From NCBI GenBank assembly GCA_001938485.1, contig MQRK01247043.1:1-50403 (forward strand): 50,403 nucleotides of DNA. The letters run 5' to 3'. This stretch comes from Girardia tigrina (taxonomy: Eukaryota). Under the pieces are notes generated by a model that was given only the letters and a program-made list of their open reading frames with translations, was not told where the DNA came from and did not search any database. Below are positions 1 to 12,564 of this stretch, piece after piece; position 1 is the first letter of the stretch; every line of letters starts with the position of its first letter. The position numbers and the translations under genes were made by a program.

Positions 1-1100
1 AATTATTCGAGTATAATTTGCATTTTAAAGTACAGCATAAGATATTTAAAAAACTTTAAAAATATTAAATCGTTTCAAATTTTCATATTAAAAATTTAAA
101 TAAAGTAAATAGCTTTTAAATAAGTTTTAAATTAAATAAATGTTCTTTCTTTACATAAAATCTTTTTTAAATAAAATTAATATATAGATAAAATTATTAC
201 TAAAATTACAAAATTTGAACTTTAAAAATAAAATCTGAAAATAATGAAAAATTTGTTCGAATAATTGTTTATTAAAAAACATTAACTAAAATTCATCAAT
301 TTAGAACGATGTCGAATTACGAAAGCTTTGTTGAGAGTTGTCCAAAAGACAATTCTAATTGTATTGAAAATAAAAGTTCGAAAAGCCATGTTGGTGTTCT
401 TAATATTTACAAAGTGAAAGGTTAAAAAAGTATTTTAAATTAGAAAAGCTGTAATAATATGTCCCCAAATTTAAAGCTCTAAATTGTTCAAACTTCTTAA
501 GGTACATAAAATTTAACAGAAAGAAATTTTTTATTCAGGTTCGTATTTTTACAAATAAAGCAATGAATAAAATGGGGAAAATATACTTAACATTATTTTT
601 ACCAATTATGTCAAATAATTCTAAGTTTTGACTTAAAATCATTTACTAAGTTTATTAAATTAAATGAACAGAAAATATATTAATTTTTACTGGAAAACAG
701 TAAAATCTATAGAGAACAAGGGATTAACATTTAAAAAATAACTTTTAGTCGAAATTATAAAAGTTTCAATTGAGTTGTATTAACATCAATATGAGGTTTA
801 CAACATTTATTAATATCACAAGCGCATTCACTATTAAACATTTTTCTTGGTCAATATATTTCTGAATTCATAATAATTAATTTCAATAAATGAAAATCTG
901 TTAATAAAAATTATTAATTATAAAGAATCTAATTGGTTAAAATTAAATCTAAATATTATATAAAAAGTATATATTAAATTATAATATTAAAATTTTAAAT
1001 TACATTAAAAAATAAATAATACATTCAAAAATTATTTTAAAACTTTTACTTTAAAAATAAATTAAATTATTTTTAATTAGTAGGAATCAAAGAAAATACC

Positions 1101-1186
1101 AATCATCCATCTGGGTAGGAGAGGCACAATCCGAATCAACATACAACATGCACAATATCAACACACAATTCAAAACATTCCTCACA
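1101..1186 (+). repeat. Interspersed repeat family A core, copy 1
   Basis: CCATCTGGGTAGGAGAGGCACAATCC...CAACATACAACAT...ATTCCTCACA, shared with the copies at 9061, 28433 (rc) and 33706 (rc). Confidence 0.8.
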
Positions 1187-2174
1187 AGGTGGTTGGAAAA
1201 ATAGTATTAATGATCAATTATTTTTGTGAATGATGAAAATGTTATTTTAGATATTATAAAGTGATGTGTTTATTAAGGTGAATGATTGTTCATGCTTTCA
1301 ATTATTACAAGGAAACCCCCAGACCATGTTCGAAAAATGAATTTATAAAGAAACAAGCGAAAGCAGTACGAGAAATAAGATTCGTCAATTATTTCCAGAG
1401 AGCGTAGTATTTTTAAAGCGAGAACAACAATCTAAATATTTGGTAAAGTATAATACACTTCAATAATTTTAGTCAAAATTGTTAAAAAAAACACAAAGCT
1501 ACAGGAACAAATAAGGTTTATAATATAACTTAAATTGGAATCTCTCTGCGTGAAAAGAGTAAAATAGGAACATATTTATATGAATCGATTCATTACATTT
1601 AATTAATGAAATGTTTTTACCTTCAATACATTTTAAAGAATATAGCAATATAATTTATTTAAAGCTCGTTTAAAAGTACAATCATTTTACTTTTTCGATG
1701 TTTCTTACATCAACATCAGTAATTATTATTTCTTACAATAAAAATACAAAATATAAAAATCAAATTTAGTAAAATAAAAATAGTAAATTACACATAATAG
1801 AAATATTATTGGATGTTAATGATAATTTATATTTTATTTATTTAAAGATTTTAAGTATTTAATAGACCTAACTTTACTCATTTTTATTATTAATTAAAAT
1901 GGTTGTAGTATTTTATCAATAATAATTGACAACACAGCCGCTCGTAATGTAAATCGAAATCTTTTTGTTGAAAGGAAATAATATGTACGCAAACAAACAA
2001 ATAGAGCATAACATTAGAGTTATATTGGTCAAATTATGAGCATATAAGATATAAATGCGTAAAAATGTTTTACAAATAGAAGAAAATGTAGTTAATTGAA
2101 TCATCTAATTTTTATGAATAATATAGTTTTTTGTAAATCGAAAAAATTATCTTATTTTACAAGCTATCACGGCA

Positions 2175-5100
2175 ATGAAAGCAATCAGTAATTTGAAGAA
2201 ATTTGATGGTGGGGAGGACGTCGAACATTTGATCGATAGATTCGAGTTTGCCATCGAGGTAGACGGGCTAATGGAAATAGAAGTCTCATGCGTAGTCATG
2301 TTCTTGGACGGGCTGGCATACGACTCGTGGAAGGGCTTATCGCTGGATCAGCAGAGAAATACCAAGGAAATCAAAAGTGAGTTGCGCCGAGTGTTTGGTG
2401 TGGGGAGATTTGACGCATGGATGTTGCTTGGTCAAAAGAAGATTCTCCCGGGTGACAGATTGGACGTGTCGGCGGCCGAGATCAATCAGCTGATACGGAC
2501 CGTTGTTGGGGACCAGGATCCGATCGATGCATTTTGTACAATGACATTTATTCACAGTTTACCGGATCAATTAAAGAAAGAGGTGCAACCAAGATTGGAC
2601 GTCGAATTCACGTTCAAGAGTGTGGTGAACTTGGAAAAAAGATATCACCTCATCAACATCATCAAGAAGTGATTGCGACGACCAGCAGTAAATTTCGATG
2701 TATTGGTTGTAATCGACTTGGACACGCGCAGAAGACGTGTAGGGTTAAATGCTTTAAATGTGGAGAAGTCGGCCATTTAAATGCAAACTGTTAACATGTC
2801 GGGAAACGACAGAGGGAGAAGGTCACGAGTCCAACCTCTCCCCAGTAAATGGTGTTGGACCAAATGTCACAGTAAGAGAGGGTGGTGGTATAACTACCGA
2901 CAATAGTTACGCCTATAAAAAGCCACAACGCCCCGAGGACAACTGTGTCAACAGGGCGGCCGTGAATCGCTTCGAAAATTCGCAATCGCCATTAATTTAT
3001 TCATGTTCAGCTGCTATTCCGAATTTATTGATTCGTCAAGCGCTAATCGACGGGGAAATGATGAAGGTGATGATCGACACGAGGAGTAGTGCCACTCTTA
3101 TTAGAAGAAGTTGCACAAAGTCAAGAATCGAAGGAGTTAGAAACATGAACCTGATAGCGGTCGACGGTAGTCAGGTAAATATCCTGGGTAAAGTGCATCT
3201 ACATGAGATTCTATTTGGCAGTATGAACCTGGGGCCTGTTGGAGCAACTGTGGTTGAAAGGCTACCTGCAGATGTCGACATCATAGTGGGAAACGATGTT
3301 ATTCTCAAACTTGGACTGACAATACGGGTAGACGGTGATGATGTTTGTATAAAATTTGGCAGTAATGGAGTAAAATTGGAAGCTATTACTGCAGCAACTG
3401 GAGTGAAAAGTGGAAGACATTTGCAGATAAAAGAGGATGATTTTGAAGCTCAATTTGACGGAAGGTATTGGAGCATACTATGGAGAGTTTTCGATGACCA
3501 TCCGGTTGGGAGAACCTCATGTATCAATTATGATATTCCCAATGAAGATAAAGAGCCATTTAAAGATGAAGTGAATGAGTGGGTAAGCGAAGGTGTTCTG
3601 ATAAAGGGGGGTGAAAAGCGAAACGGGAAGATTCGTAACATGATACCGTTGATTGGAGTGTGGCAAGTCAGAGGCAAAACGGCACGAATACGATTGGTAT
3701 TAGACTACAGGTTACTGAACGAACAAATTCATAGCTATCCGGGTAGCAGTTATACCAGTTGCCAGTCACGATTACGGGAGTGCAGAAAATTGGGACCCAA
3801 CTGCGCTATAATGGATTTAAAAAAGGCTTACCTAGAAGTAAGGGTGGCTCCAGATTTGTGGAAATATCAGGCGGTTATGTGGAAGGGCGAAGTGTATGTG
3901 ATGACCAGTTTAGGGTTTGGTCTATCCATTGCGCCCAGAGTCATGTCAAGAATAGTTGAAACGATTATCAAGGAAGAGCAGACGATAACTGCTTTTGAGT
4001 ATATTGATGACGAGTTCATTGCGGAAATTTCTTGTAATGCAGAGGATGTAGTAGGAATTTTTCGCCGGTTTGGGTTGGAGTCTAAACCTATAGAACGGAT
4101 TGGCTTAGACAAAGATGTCAGGGTGCTTGAACTGAATGTACAAAGCAATTTGCAGAGGAGAAGAGACCAAGAGCTCGTAACTAGGGAGCTTGAGAAAACA
4201 ACGAGGAGAGAATTACATGGAATTTTGGGCGAGTAAACAGGCAATGTATCAGTTGCAGGATAGTTCCGGGTTGCTTGTGTCTATATTCAGAGATTAACCG
4301 CAAAATACAAAATAGACTGAGATGAATTAATGCCAAAAGACATCATAGGGAAAGTTAATGAAATCTGTCAAAGGCTGAGGATGGATGGAGATCCAGTAAC
4401 AGGTAAATTGCAATAATAATGTTGTCATTTGGACAGATGCAAGTAGTATAGCAATGGACGTACTACTGTGTGAACGGTGATATCGTTGAAGACACTGCTT
4501 GGTTAATGAAAGAAGACGATACAATCCATATTAGTATGAGTGAACTGGATGCGGCCATAGGGGAAATTAATTTGGCAATAACCTGGGGCTTTCATAAGTT
4601 CAAACTGATGACGGACTCAGCAACAGTGTATGGATGGCTCATGGCAGTATTCAAGAATACACACAATCCAAGAACCCGCACATTATTTGAACATTTGGTA
4701 CGCCGAAGACTCGATATCATGAGGGTTGAAAGATCAAGAAAAACTGGAATTGGTGAAATCTCAATTGAATATGGCAGATTGTTTGACCAGGGTTCCAAAA
4801 CAATGGCTAAACAGGAAAGTGGAAGTAAATGCCATTGAAGTAAATCAGTATCCAAGTGTTGATGAGATCAAGAAAATTCATGATATCTGTCCCTTTGGAG
4901 TCGACAGGACCAGTGAACTGTTGAGGGAAAAATATGGGTCTAATGCAATAAAGTCGGATCAAGTTAAGGAAGTTATCAAGCAGTGTGTTGAGTGTTCAAA
5001 GATCTATCCAGCCCCACGAATTGAGTATCGACATGGGCAATTGTCAACTGACAAGGTATGGTACCAACTTTATAGCGATGTGACTTATTTCAACGGTGTC

Positions 5101-5210
5101 GCGTATCTGATCATAGTAGATTCAGCAACAAGATTTTTAATTTGGAGAAAGTTGCGCAGTGAATCCGCCGAGGAAATAGGTTGGCATATAGATAGCGTAT
5201 GCTCTGAATT
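2175..5210 (+). mobile_element. Decayed Ty3/Gypsy-type LTR retrotransposon internal region (gag-PR-RT-RNaseH-partial IN), truncated, no LTRs seen
   Basis: Gag-like ORF 2175-2672. Two frameshifted CCHC knuckles (CIGCNRLGHAQKTC, CFKCGEVGHLNANC). Protease MIDTRSSATLI (DTG degenerate). RT motifs RLVLDYRLLN, MDLKKAY, LGFGLSIAP, YIDD. RNase H motifs WTDAS, ELDA, TDS. Integrase zinc region (IH...CVEC) and SDVT...IVDSATRF. Domain order PR-RT-RH-IN is Gypsy-like. Multiple stops and frameshifts; homology breaks near 5210. Confidence 0.93.
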
Positions 5211-5385
5211 TTTATTGCTTTTAATCAAATTACATCATGAAACAGAGCGCAGCAAAATTACACGACGGGTAGTACATAGTCCTCATAGTGATAGACGACA
5301 TCGAATAGAATCAATAGAATAGATGTAGACTGGAGTTTTAGACTGTCATAAAGTTTCATGGAGACATAGACATCGTGTGTCATAT

Positions 5386-7179
5386 TCAGTGTGATGGCTG
5401 TGCTTGCTTCTGCGTCACAAGCTTCGCAATACGTGGCACGGTTTTAGACAACGTGCATCTGAGATCGTTCTCCACGACCAGGCGATTTCGCTGCTTCGTC
5501 TTCAAAAGCAAGAGCTGGGAAAATCCGCTTTCGCACAGGTAAGTCGATGGGAAGAGAAGGAGAATTTTCAGTGCCATCCGAGAGACCCTGGGATACGCCG
5601 TCGCCATTGCGCACCAGAATTTTGGGAGGCTCACTTGGAGAAAGAGCTCTTTCGCACTGCTCTCGTTAACCATCTCGATGAATTCTTCTTGCACCTCGTT
5701 CATGGTATCTGAGATGCAATCTGCGCTCTATGGAAAGGTATTGCGCACAATTTGGAAGTCGGCAGTGTTGACGTCTTCCAAATACTTGGACATTTCTCGA
5801 TGCAACGTCATCAAATGCTCCTGAATGGCAGACTTTATGCAGTCGTCCAGGGTCTCTTCTTTCAAACTCAACCAATTGTTCAGGGTGTCGAACATATTCA
5901 CCTTGCTCTCCGAAACTTTCGTGTGCCACAGCTCCAGCTTCATTAGAAAGGCCTTGCCTTTGTCAACGAAATCAAGGATGGTGCGCTCGCTACCGTGCAT
6001 GGACATTTTCAGGATGTTCAACCGAGATAAAGATGTCGACAAGGTATGCCAGACGCGTAATCCACGCTGCATCTTCAAACTGAGCCACGAGTTTGCTTTT
6101 TTTCTTTAATGCTAGAAATTCTTGAATCATTTGGCGAAGTGAAAACACATGCTGGATAACATTCCCACGGGAAAGCCAATGTACCTCGGAATGGTAGAGC
6201 AGCGCATATGTGCCAGAATCTATGTCCCTGCAGAGTTCTGCGAAAAGCCTTTCCTTCAGAGCACTCCCTTGATGTAGTTGACTGTCTCGACCAACCCCGC
6301 CAACACCACCGACAGCGAACTCGGAAGGGCTTTCGAAGCCACGGCATATCGGTGGATCATGCAGTGCACTGAGAGGACGTCGGCCCCTTGCTCCCGGACG
6401 AATGCCTGGAAACCAGACTTACGTCCCAACATTGCTGGAGCTCCATATGTATAGGTTCCACAAAGGTTCTTCCATTCCAGTCCTTCTCTGTCGAAGAAAG
6501 CCTTGATTTTCCCGAAGATTTCGATGCCCCTTGTGTGTGTTTCAAGAGGTTCGCAGAACAAGAACTCTTCTTTTAGGTCCCCTTCATGAACAAATCGGGT
6601 GAACACCATCAACTGCGTACATGATGCTACATCTATATACTCGTCCACCTGTATTGCAAAGAGTCCCATTGGCTAATTCTTAATCTGCGAGATGACCTGA
6701 GACTTGATGTCTTGCGACATTTCATCGATTCGGCGTTGCATGGTGTTGTTAGAGGGGGAAAGCGGCAGGAGCTTCTTGGCACTTTCTTCGCCTAACATAA
6801 TGCGAACGATATCAGCCACACATAGCAAAATTAAATTTTCCGCGATAGTGTGAGGTTTCTTTTGCTGGGCAATGCGGTACGCGACTGCATAAGACACTTC
6901 TACTGCTGCGGTCGTTTGCTGCCGACCTGTCGCATCCAGTCGTGAGTGCTTGACAGCAGCCTCCTTTCTCTGGAAGAAGGTTGCGTCCTTGTCTTTTAGC
7001 TCCGAATGACAGCCTTACAGATGCCTCTTCAGTAAGCTGGGTTTCATGGATTCTGCAGAGAGCGCTTTATAGCAAATGACGCAATGAGGCCACTCGATGC
7101 CAGCAACACTGAGCACCGTGAATCCGTATTTGATGTAGTCTTCATTGTATAGCCGTTTCTTTACATGTGAAGCTGCCAT
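5386..7179 (-). pseudogene. hAT transposase pseudogene
   Basis: ATG at 7179 (MAASHVKKRLYNEDYIKYGF...PHCVIC...MKPSLLKRHL, BED finger). Further motifs KPHTIAENLI, SNNTMQRRI, FAIQVDE, EEFLFC, GAPAMLG, HCMIHR, and the C-terminal dimerisation motif FPSTYLCESGFS...KTKQRNRL...QAQPSH. Several in-frame stops and a frameshift. Confidence 0.92.
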
Positions 7180-7180
7180 C

Positions 7181-7396
7181 CTGCAAGAGATATCACCATA
7201 TTCGCATATTAAGACAGAAGTAAATAAACCGACTATTAATTCACTTCTTACTTGCTTTCTGCAGAGCTGAATCAGATAATTTTTGCTCAGTGAACGTTCC
7301 TGAGAGAGTGGAGCAAACAGTATGTCAGCTGCAATTGACAGAGTGAGCTATATATAGCGGCTGCCAAGGGGCTTAAGCTGCAGGCTGCACCCAATA
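7181..7396 (-). promoter_or_regulatory. Candidate hAT transposase promoter and 5' UTR intron
   Basis: TATATATA at ~7349-7356 and CCAAT at ~7391-7395. Candidate intron 7251 (GTAAG) to 7181 (TTGCAG) ends 1 nt before the ATG. Confidence 0.5.
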
Positions 7397-8263
7397 GCGT
7401 TGTTTAACTAACTGCAATCAGCATTCATTATTGCGTGCGTGGTGTATGTGTGTCACAGAGTGAGAGAGAGACACCCCCCATGCAAATGCTTAAATACAAT
7501 ATACAAGCGTGTAAAGACCGCATCACTTGCTTCAAAACCAAGTACCCGCCGTTTTAGCGTTTTGTACCCCTGGGGATACGCATACCACAGGTTGGGAACC
7601 ACTGAATTAGACACTAAAGCCGATTAATAAACATTCAAAATAGACAAAGTAAGGCTTTCTCAATTCTAAAAATCTTTAATTAATTAAATAAACCTTTATA
7701 GTTAACCCTTTCAGATGTATGTTGGTATATGTGTCCTAGTACCTTTGACCATTTATTTTAAATGTCTTTATGAGACCTATAATATGATGGACATGATATC
7801 TNNNNNNNNNNNNNNNNNNNNNNNNNNNNNNNNNNNNNNNNNNNNNNNNNNNNNNNNNNNNNNNNNNNNNNNNNNNNNNNNNNNNNNNNNNNNNNNNNNN
7901 NNNNNNNNNNNNNNNNNNNNNNNNNNNNNNNNNNNNNNNNNNNNNNNNNNNNNNNNNNNNNNNNNNNNNNNNNNNNNNNNNNNNNNNNNATAAAAATACC
8001 ATACTATATTTTCATGTATTTCTGGCATTTAGTATAATGTATTCATTTTTTCATTGTAAAATTTTGGTTGTCAATTCATATTTTTATTTTTCTTATTATA
8101 ATATTTATTCTTTCCAAATATATTTTTGCATTTTATTTTGAATTTATCTTTTTGAATATTGATTGAAATCATACAAAAAATAATTATATGTAATTTTCTA
8201 AAATAGTGGGTATCTCGTAAATGGTTCGTGATATTTTAATTTTTATTTCAGATTCGTGATCAA

Positions 8264-8637
8264 TAGGGCACTGAATTTAATGACCTTAAAAATCAAAAAA
8301 TGACTCTATTTTATTTCCTCTCTTTCCGAGTGAGATATTATTTTGTTCTTCCCCTCTGCAAATAGAAATACTGCCGTCACCAATCCGCCGCAGTCACACC
8401 ACTGCGCCATCCACTATGTTATCAATGATGATTTTTATTATTATTAATATTATTATTAATAATAATAATAATAATCACTGATAATAGAGTGGTTGGCGCA
8501 GTGGTGTGACTGCGGCGGATTGGTTACGGTGGTATTTCTATTTGCAGAGAGGAAGAACAAAATAATATCTCACTCGGAAAGAGAGGAAATAAAATAGTCA
8601 TTTTTTGATTTTTAAGGTCATTAAATTCCGTTCCCTA
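8264..8637. mobile_element. Foldback MITE, probably hAT superfamily
   Basis: ~374 bp near-perfect palindrome with TAGGG...CCCTA termini and an (ATT)/(AAT) centre. Flanked by GTGATCAA (8256-8263) and GTGATCAT (8638-8645), a 7/8 match to an 8-bp TSD. Confidence 0.88.
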
Positions 8638-8819
8638 GTGATCATCATCTAATTTTGATTAAGATAGCTTGTTTTTATAAAAAAAACTCTCTGTCTCTTG
8701 TTAAGAGAACTCACACATTTGACAGAACATTTATTACATTCACATTTCTTATCATCTTTATGATGATCAATAGTATTGCTATCACTTAGATCAATCAATC
8801 AATTTTCAATATCTCCCAT

Positions 8820-9310
8820 TATAATCTGAACTATACTTGAGAAGATTATTTTATTTTAAAATATTTAATTTAAATTTTATTGGCAGAAATAAAATATTTT
8901 TATAGTCATTTTTAAACATCAATTTGATTTTAATTATTTAAAAATTTACAAAAATAAAATCAATAATCTTATTTAAAAGTTGCAATAATAAAAATTAAAA
9001 ATTTGAATATTAAATCTAAATTTAAATAAATTAGTTTCAGATTATAAGAAATTAAATATTGATAATCCATCTGGTTAGGAGAGGCACAATCCCAAAGCAA
9101 CATACAACATTTAAACATGCAAACACTACACAAAAACATCCACACACCAAATATTCCTCACATCCCTAAAAGGTTAATATCCAAAATTATTTCAGTAAAG
9201 TATAATTTATAAATTTTATTTTATCAATTTTAGTTTTTATATTTTGTAATTTTATTGAAATAATTTATAGTTTATGATGTTAATGTATGAAACATCGAAA
9301 CATATATACT
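8820..9310 (+). repeat. Interspersed repeat family A, longest copy, ending in a hammerhead relic
   Basis: Core at 9061-9162. The upstream part matches rc of ~28515-28790 and the downstream part (9173-9300) matches rc of ~1693-1820. Boundaries are approximate. Confidence 0.7.
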
Positions 9311-11503
9311 ACAACTTTTTATAACAAACTTTGAGTCAACTATAATACAGCAATACCAAATTAGCGTTCACAAGTCTCAAAAAATATACCAATAGATAAT
9401 GTATTCATAATTTAATAATAACTGGACTTAAGTAATATGGGAAAAATTTAAGACAAAATCCTTTGATTTTAGAATGAGGATTTTATAAACTATTCATATC
9501 TTTTTTGATAGCCTTTCTTATGAATTATTAATTATGCAATTATTAAATAAATAATATATCATAGTTAGGTTTGCATGAGGTTTAATTCTACAAATTTGGT
9601 TACAATAATAACTAATTGTCGGTGTTAGTCTTTACAAGAAAACTTAATTATTTAGTTATTTATGTCTTTTGTTGCCTATTTGGGTGATATTTTGAAAATA
9701 CTTGTAAGAATCTTAATTTCCAAATCAAACAAATCCTAAGAGACAAATCTCAATGTCATAAGTTTTAGCGATTAGTACTAAGATAATTTTTATCTAAAAG
9801 AATCGACAAATCAAGGTTAAAGAAATTACAAAGTTTATAGTTTATTATGGCCAACATCAAAGAATTTATTTATAATTATTCTAAGAAAAAAATATGCATT
9901 TATTTATTTTGGCAAACATTATTGTGAAATATTAAATAAGATGTAATAATACCACAATTTAATTTTTAAGTTACCAATAACATATTGCCATTTTTTTTTA
10001 TTTTTGTCATTGATTTAATTTTGAACTCAACTAATTTATTTACAAAAATGTGATGTATACGAAAATATGAGAAAATTATAGAACGGTATTGTATGAACTT
10101 TTACATGTATTATTTCCATATTTTGAAATAACATTTAGTCTTGGCTATTCTCTCTGGAATATGGGGAAATATACATGATAGGAGAAATGCTTTTTATAAA
10201 AAATCATTAATGTATTACTAAGTTGTTTTTTATTATTGAATGATAATATTAATGCATCAAACTGCTAAAAACCCCGTAAATAATTTCTATTATCAGAAAG
10301 TCATACAGAGATTAGAACATGAATTCAAACAAATCACTGGATAGATATACGTATATAAATACATATATCGAAATAAAAACAATTAAGAATTATGTCGTAT
10401 AATTGTAAAAATATTAATTTATACATTATGATGTTTCCTTCCGATATTGCAACCTTACACAATTTACATTGATTTATTCAAAACCGACAGTGTGGGAAAA
10501 TGAAAATATTACTGATTAATTTAATATGAAATAGCTGTGGAAGAATGATTGATGGTGATAAACAATCTGAGATTTTATTCCAGATATTCCATTGCTCATT
10601 GGCAACAGACTTTCCCGCAAAAATGGGAGAAAACGNNNNNNNNNNNNNNNNNNNNNNNNNNNNNNNNNNNNNNNNNNNNNNNNNNNNNNNNNNNNNNNNN
10701 NNNNNNNNNNNNNNNNNNNNNNNNNNNNNNNNNNNNNNNNNNNNNNNNNNNNNNNNNNNNNNNNNNNNNNNNNNNNNNNNNNNNNNNNNNNNNNNNNNTA
10801 TATTCTGAAACTGTTTTGATTAATGTATTTGCTAAACAAATTTAACTCAAAGTTAAAACAAAAATATTTTAACATAAATTTTAAATGAAAATAAAAATAT
10901 ATTTGTATTAAAAATTTCTTACAAGTTTAGTTTTGTTGGAAAGATTAAAATACTTGCATAACGTCAAAGATCTTAATGTACTCTTTTGCATTTCAACCAT
11001 TAATTCGGTTTGTATGCGATAGTAATAAAAATAACCTAAATTTTAGTTAATTTACAAAATTTTTTAACAAAATAATAAATAAATTTTACATAGAAGTAAC
11101 TTAAGAAAATTAATTATTTGAATCGTCTTTGATTAGAATTGAGTTACATCCCAAATGGGAAATCTGAAGCAGCAATATTTTTAACATTTCTGTAACAAGC
11201 AGAGCCTTTTAAAAGAAATATTCATTGAAGCATGGGGCTCTAGTAAACTAAGATTTGTCAAGTCACAAAACAAAGTAAATTTTTTGGATGATAAAATAGT
11301 TATATTCCTTGTTTTCTTATAATGGCTGTCCCTCTTCTAAACAGCTCATTTATCAAGTGTTCTCAGATTTAAAAGAAGGAATTATACAAGTGACCCTACT
11401 CATAACATTTTACTATCAGTTCAACACGAGATATATTGCACAAAATTTCAACATATATTACTTTTTTAAAAGCAGATAATAACAAAGTCTCTTTCTGAAT
11501 AAA

Positions 11504-12564
11504 TATTGAGTTGCCCAAAAAGTTCATTCTAAAGACCAAAATTCTTGCCGTTAAGAGAATTTCACTACTATCTGAATAAGTGATAGTAGGAAGAGACTGT
11601 GTCGGGGAATATGAAGGGTGAGGTAGCACATCGCAGCAAAGGTCCAAGAACTTTTCATCGTAGCCTAAGAGATATGTCGTCTGGCATTGCCATGAAGTAA
11701 CACAAAGCCTTTCTTGTTTGCTAATTCTAGGCGTTTTTTTCTGGTTCGCTGTCCTTAATTCATCCAGTTGGGAACAGTACTTGTCTGAATTAATCGTCTG
11801 GTTGTTTGGTAAGAGCTCATAATATAGAGTTCCTTTAAAATCTTTACCACATAGAGACCATGATTTTCTTCAGATGAAGACCGGCTTTGGAAATATACTA
11901 ATGGTGGTTCATCTTGTTTATCCCAAGGTCTTTTTCTTTCGAAATTGTTATAGACGATGCACTTTTTCTCACCACTATTATTTACAAAAATTGTACATTT
12001 TCGTTGCGTTTGTAAAGTGAATTACAATAGTTATTTGATCAATCAGTTTTTTTTGCTTAGATTATGCGTAAGATTCACGTAACTATGCTTCACTAAAAGA
12101 TAATGCACGGGGGTTTTCTATATCTTCAGTATTTCTACTAATTCACGAGTATTGTACCGAGTATTGGTCTCGATCAGTGTTGGAGAATCTAGCAGTGCGA
12201 TCTTGGTCTTGGAGGTTGAAATACCCGGCTTTAAACTTAGAAAACCCCTTAGGAACTATTCAGTTAGCTAAAGCATGTTCTCCATAAACAGCACATATCT
12301 TGTTTCTTGCTTGACTAACATTCTTGTCTTTCTTGAAATAGAAAAGTATCAAGTGTCATAAATGCTCAAGTTTTATTCCTTCTTCAAATCGGCGCGTAGT
12401 AGATACAAATCAACTTAGACAAAAAATTATTTTCTAAAGATGCGTCAGACTATCACTTTTATCATATATAAACAATTCACAGGTTTTCTATGCCACTGTC
12501 ATATTCTAACATATGTCAGTGTCATATTTAAACAATCCACATGAACTTTCCGGAAAACCCAATA
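11504..12564 (-). mobile_element. Decayed mariner element with internal deletions
   Basis: Imperfect TIRs TATTGAGTTGCCCAAAAAGTTCAT and revcomp TATTGGGTTTTCCGGAAAGTTCAT, both beginning in TA. Minus-strand remnants HLILFYFKKDKNVSQARNKICAVYGEHAL (HTH), YELLPNNQTINSDKYCSQLDEL and VLPHPSYSP (YSPDLAP motif). Many stops and frameshifts. Confidence 0.88.

Larger units (their letters stand above)
5210..7604 (-). mobile_element. hAT DNA transposon (Buster/Charlie, ZBED5/ZBED8/SCAND3-like), one terminus present
   Basis: Terminus CAGTGGTTCCCAACCTG on the minus strand, ending at 7604. Contains a disrupted transposase and is visibly more GC-rich than the host. No matching second TIR was found near 5210. 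Confidence 0.9.

Noticed and set aside
280-830. Possible highly decayed Penelope RT/GIY-YIG coding remnant upstream of repeat family A
   Set aside because: No motif can be translated with confidence; it needs a profile search.
1900-2174. 5' LTR or primer-binding site of the Gypsy element
   Set aside because: No TG...CA repeat or TGG-initiated PBS found; the element appears 5' truncated.
5404-6576. Plus-strand ORFs over the hAT element
   Set aside because: Antisense shadows of GC-rich transposase sequence.
7715-8028. ORFs spanning N runs (also 10516-10875 and 34444-34915)
   Set aside because: They are open only because of assembly gaps.
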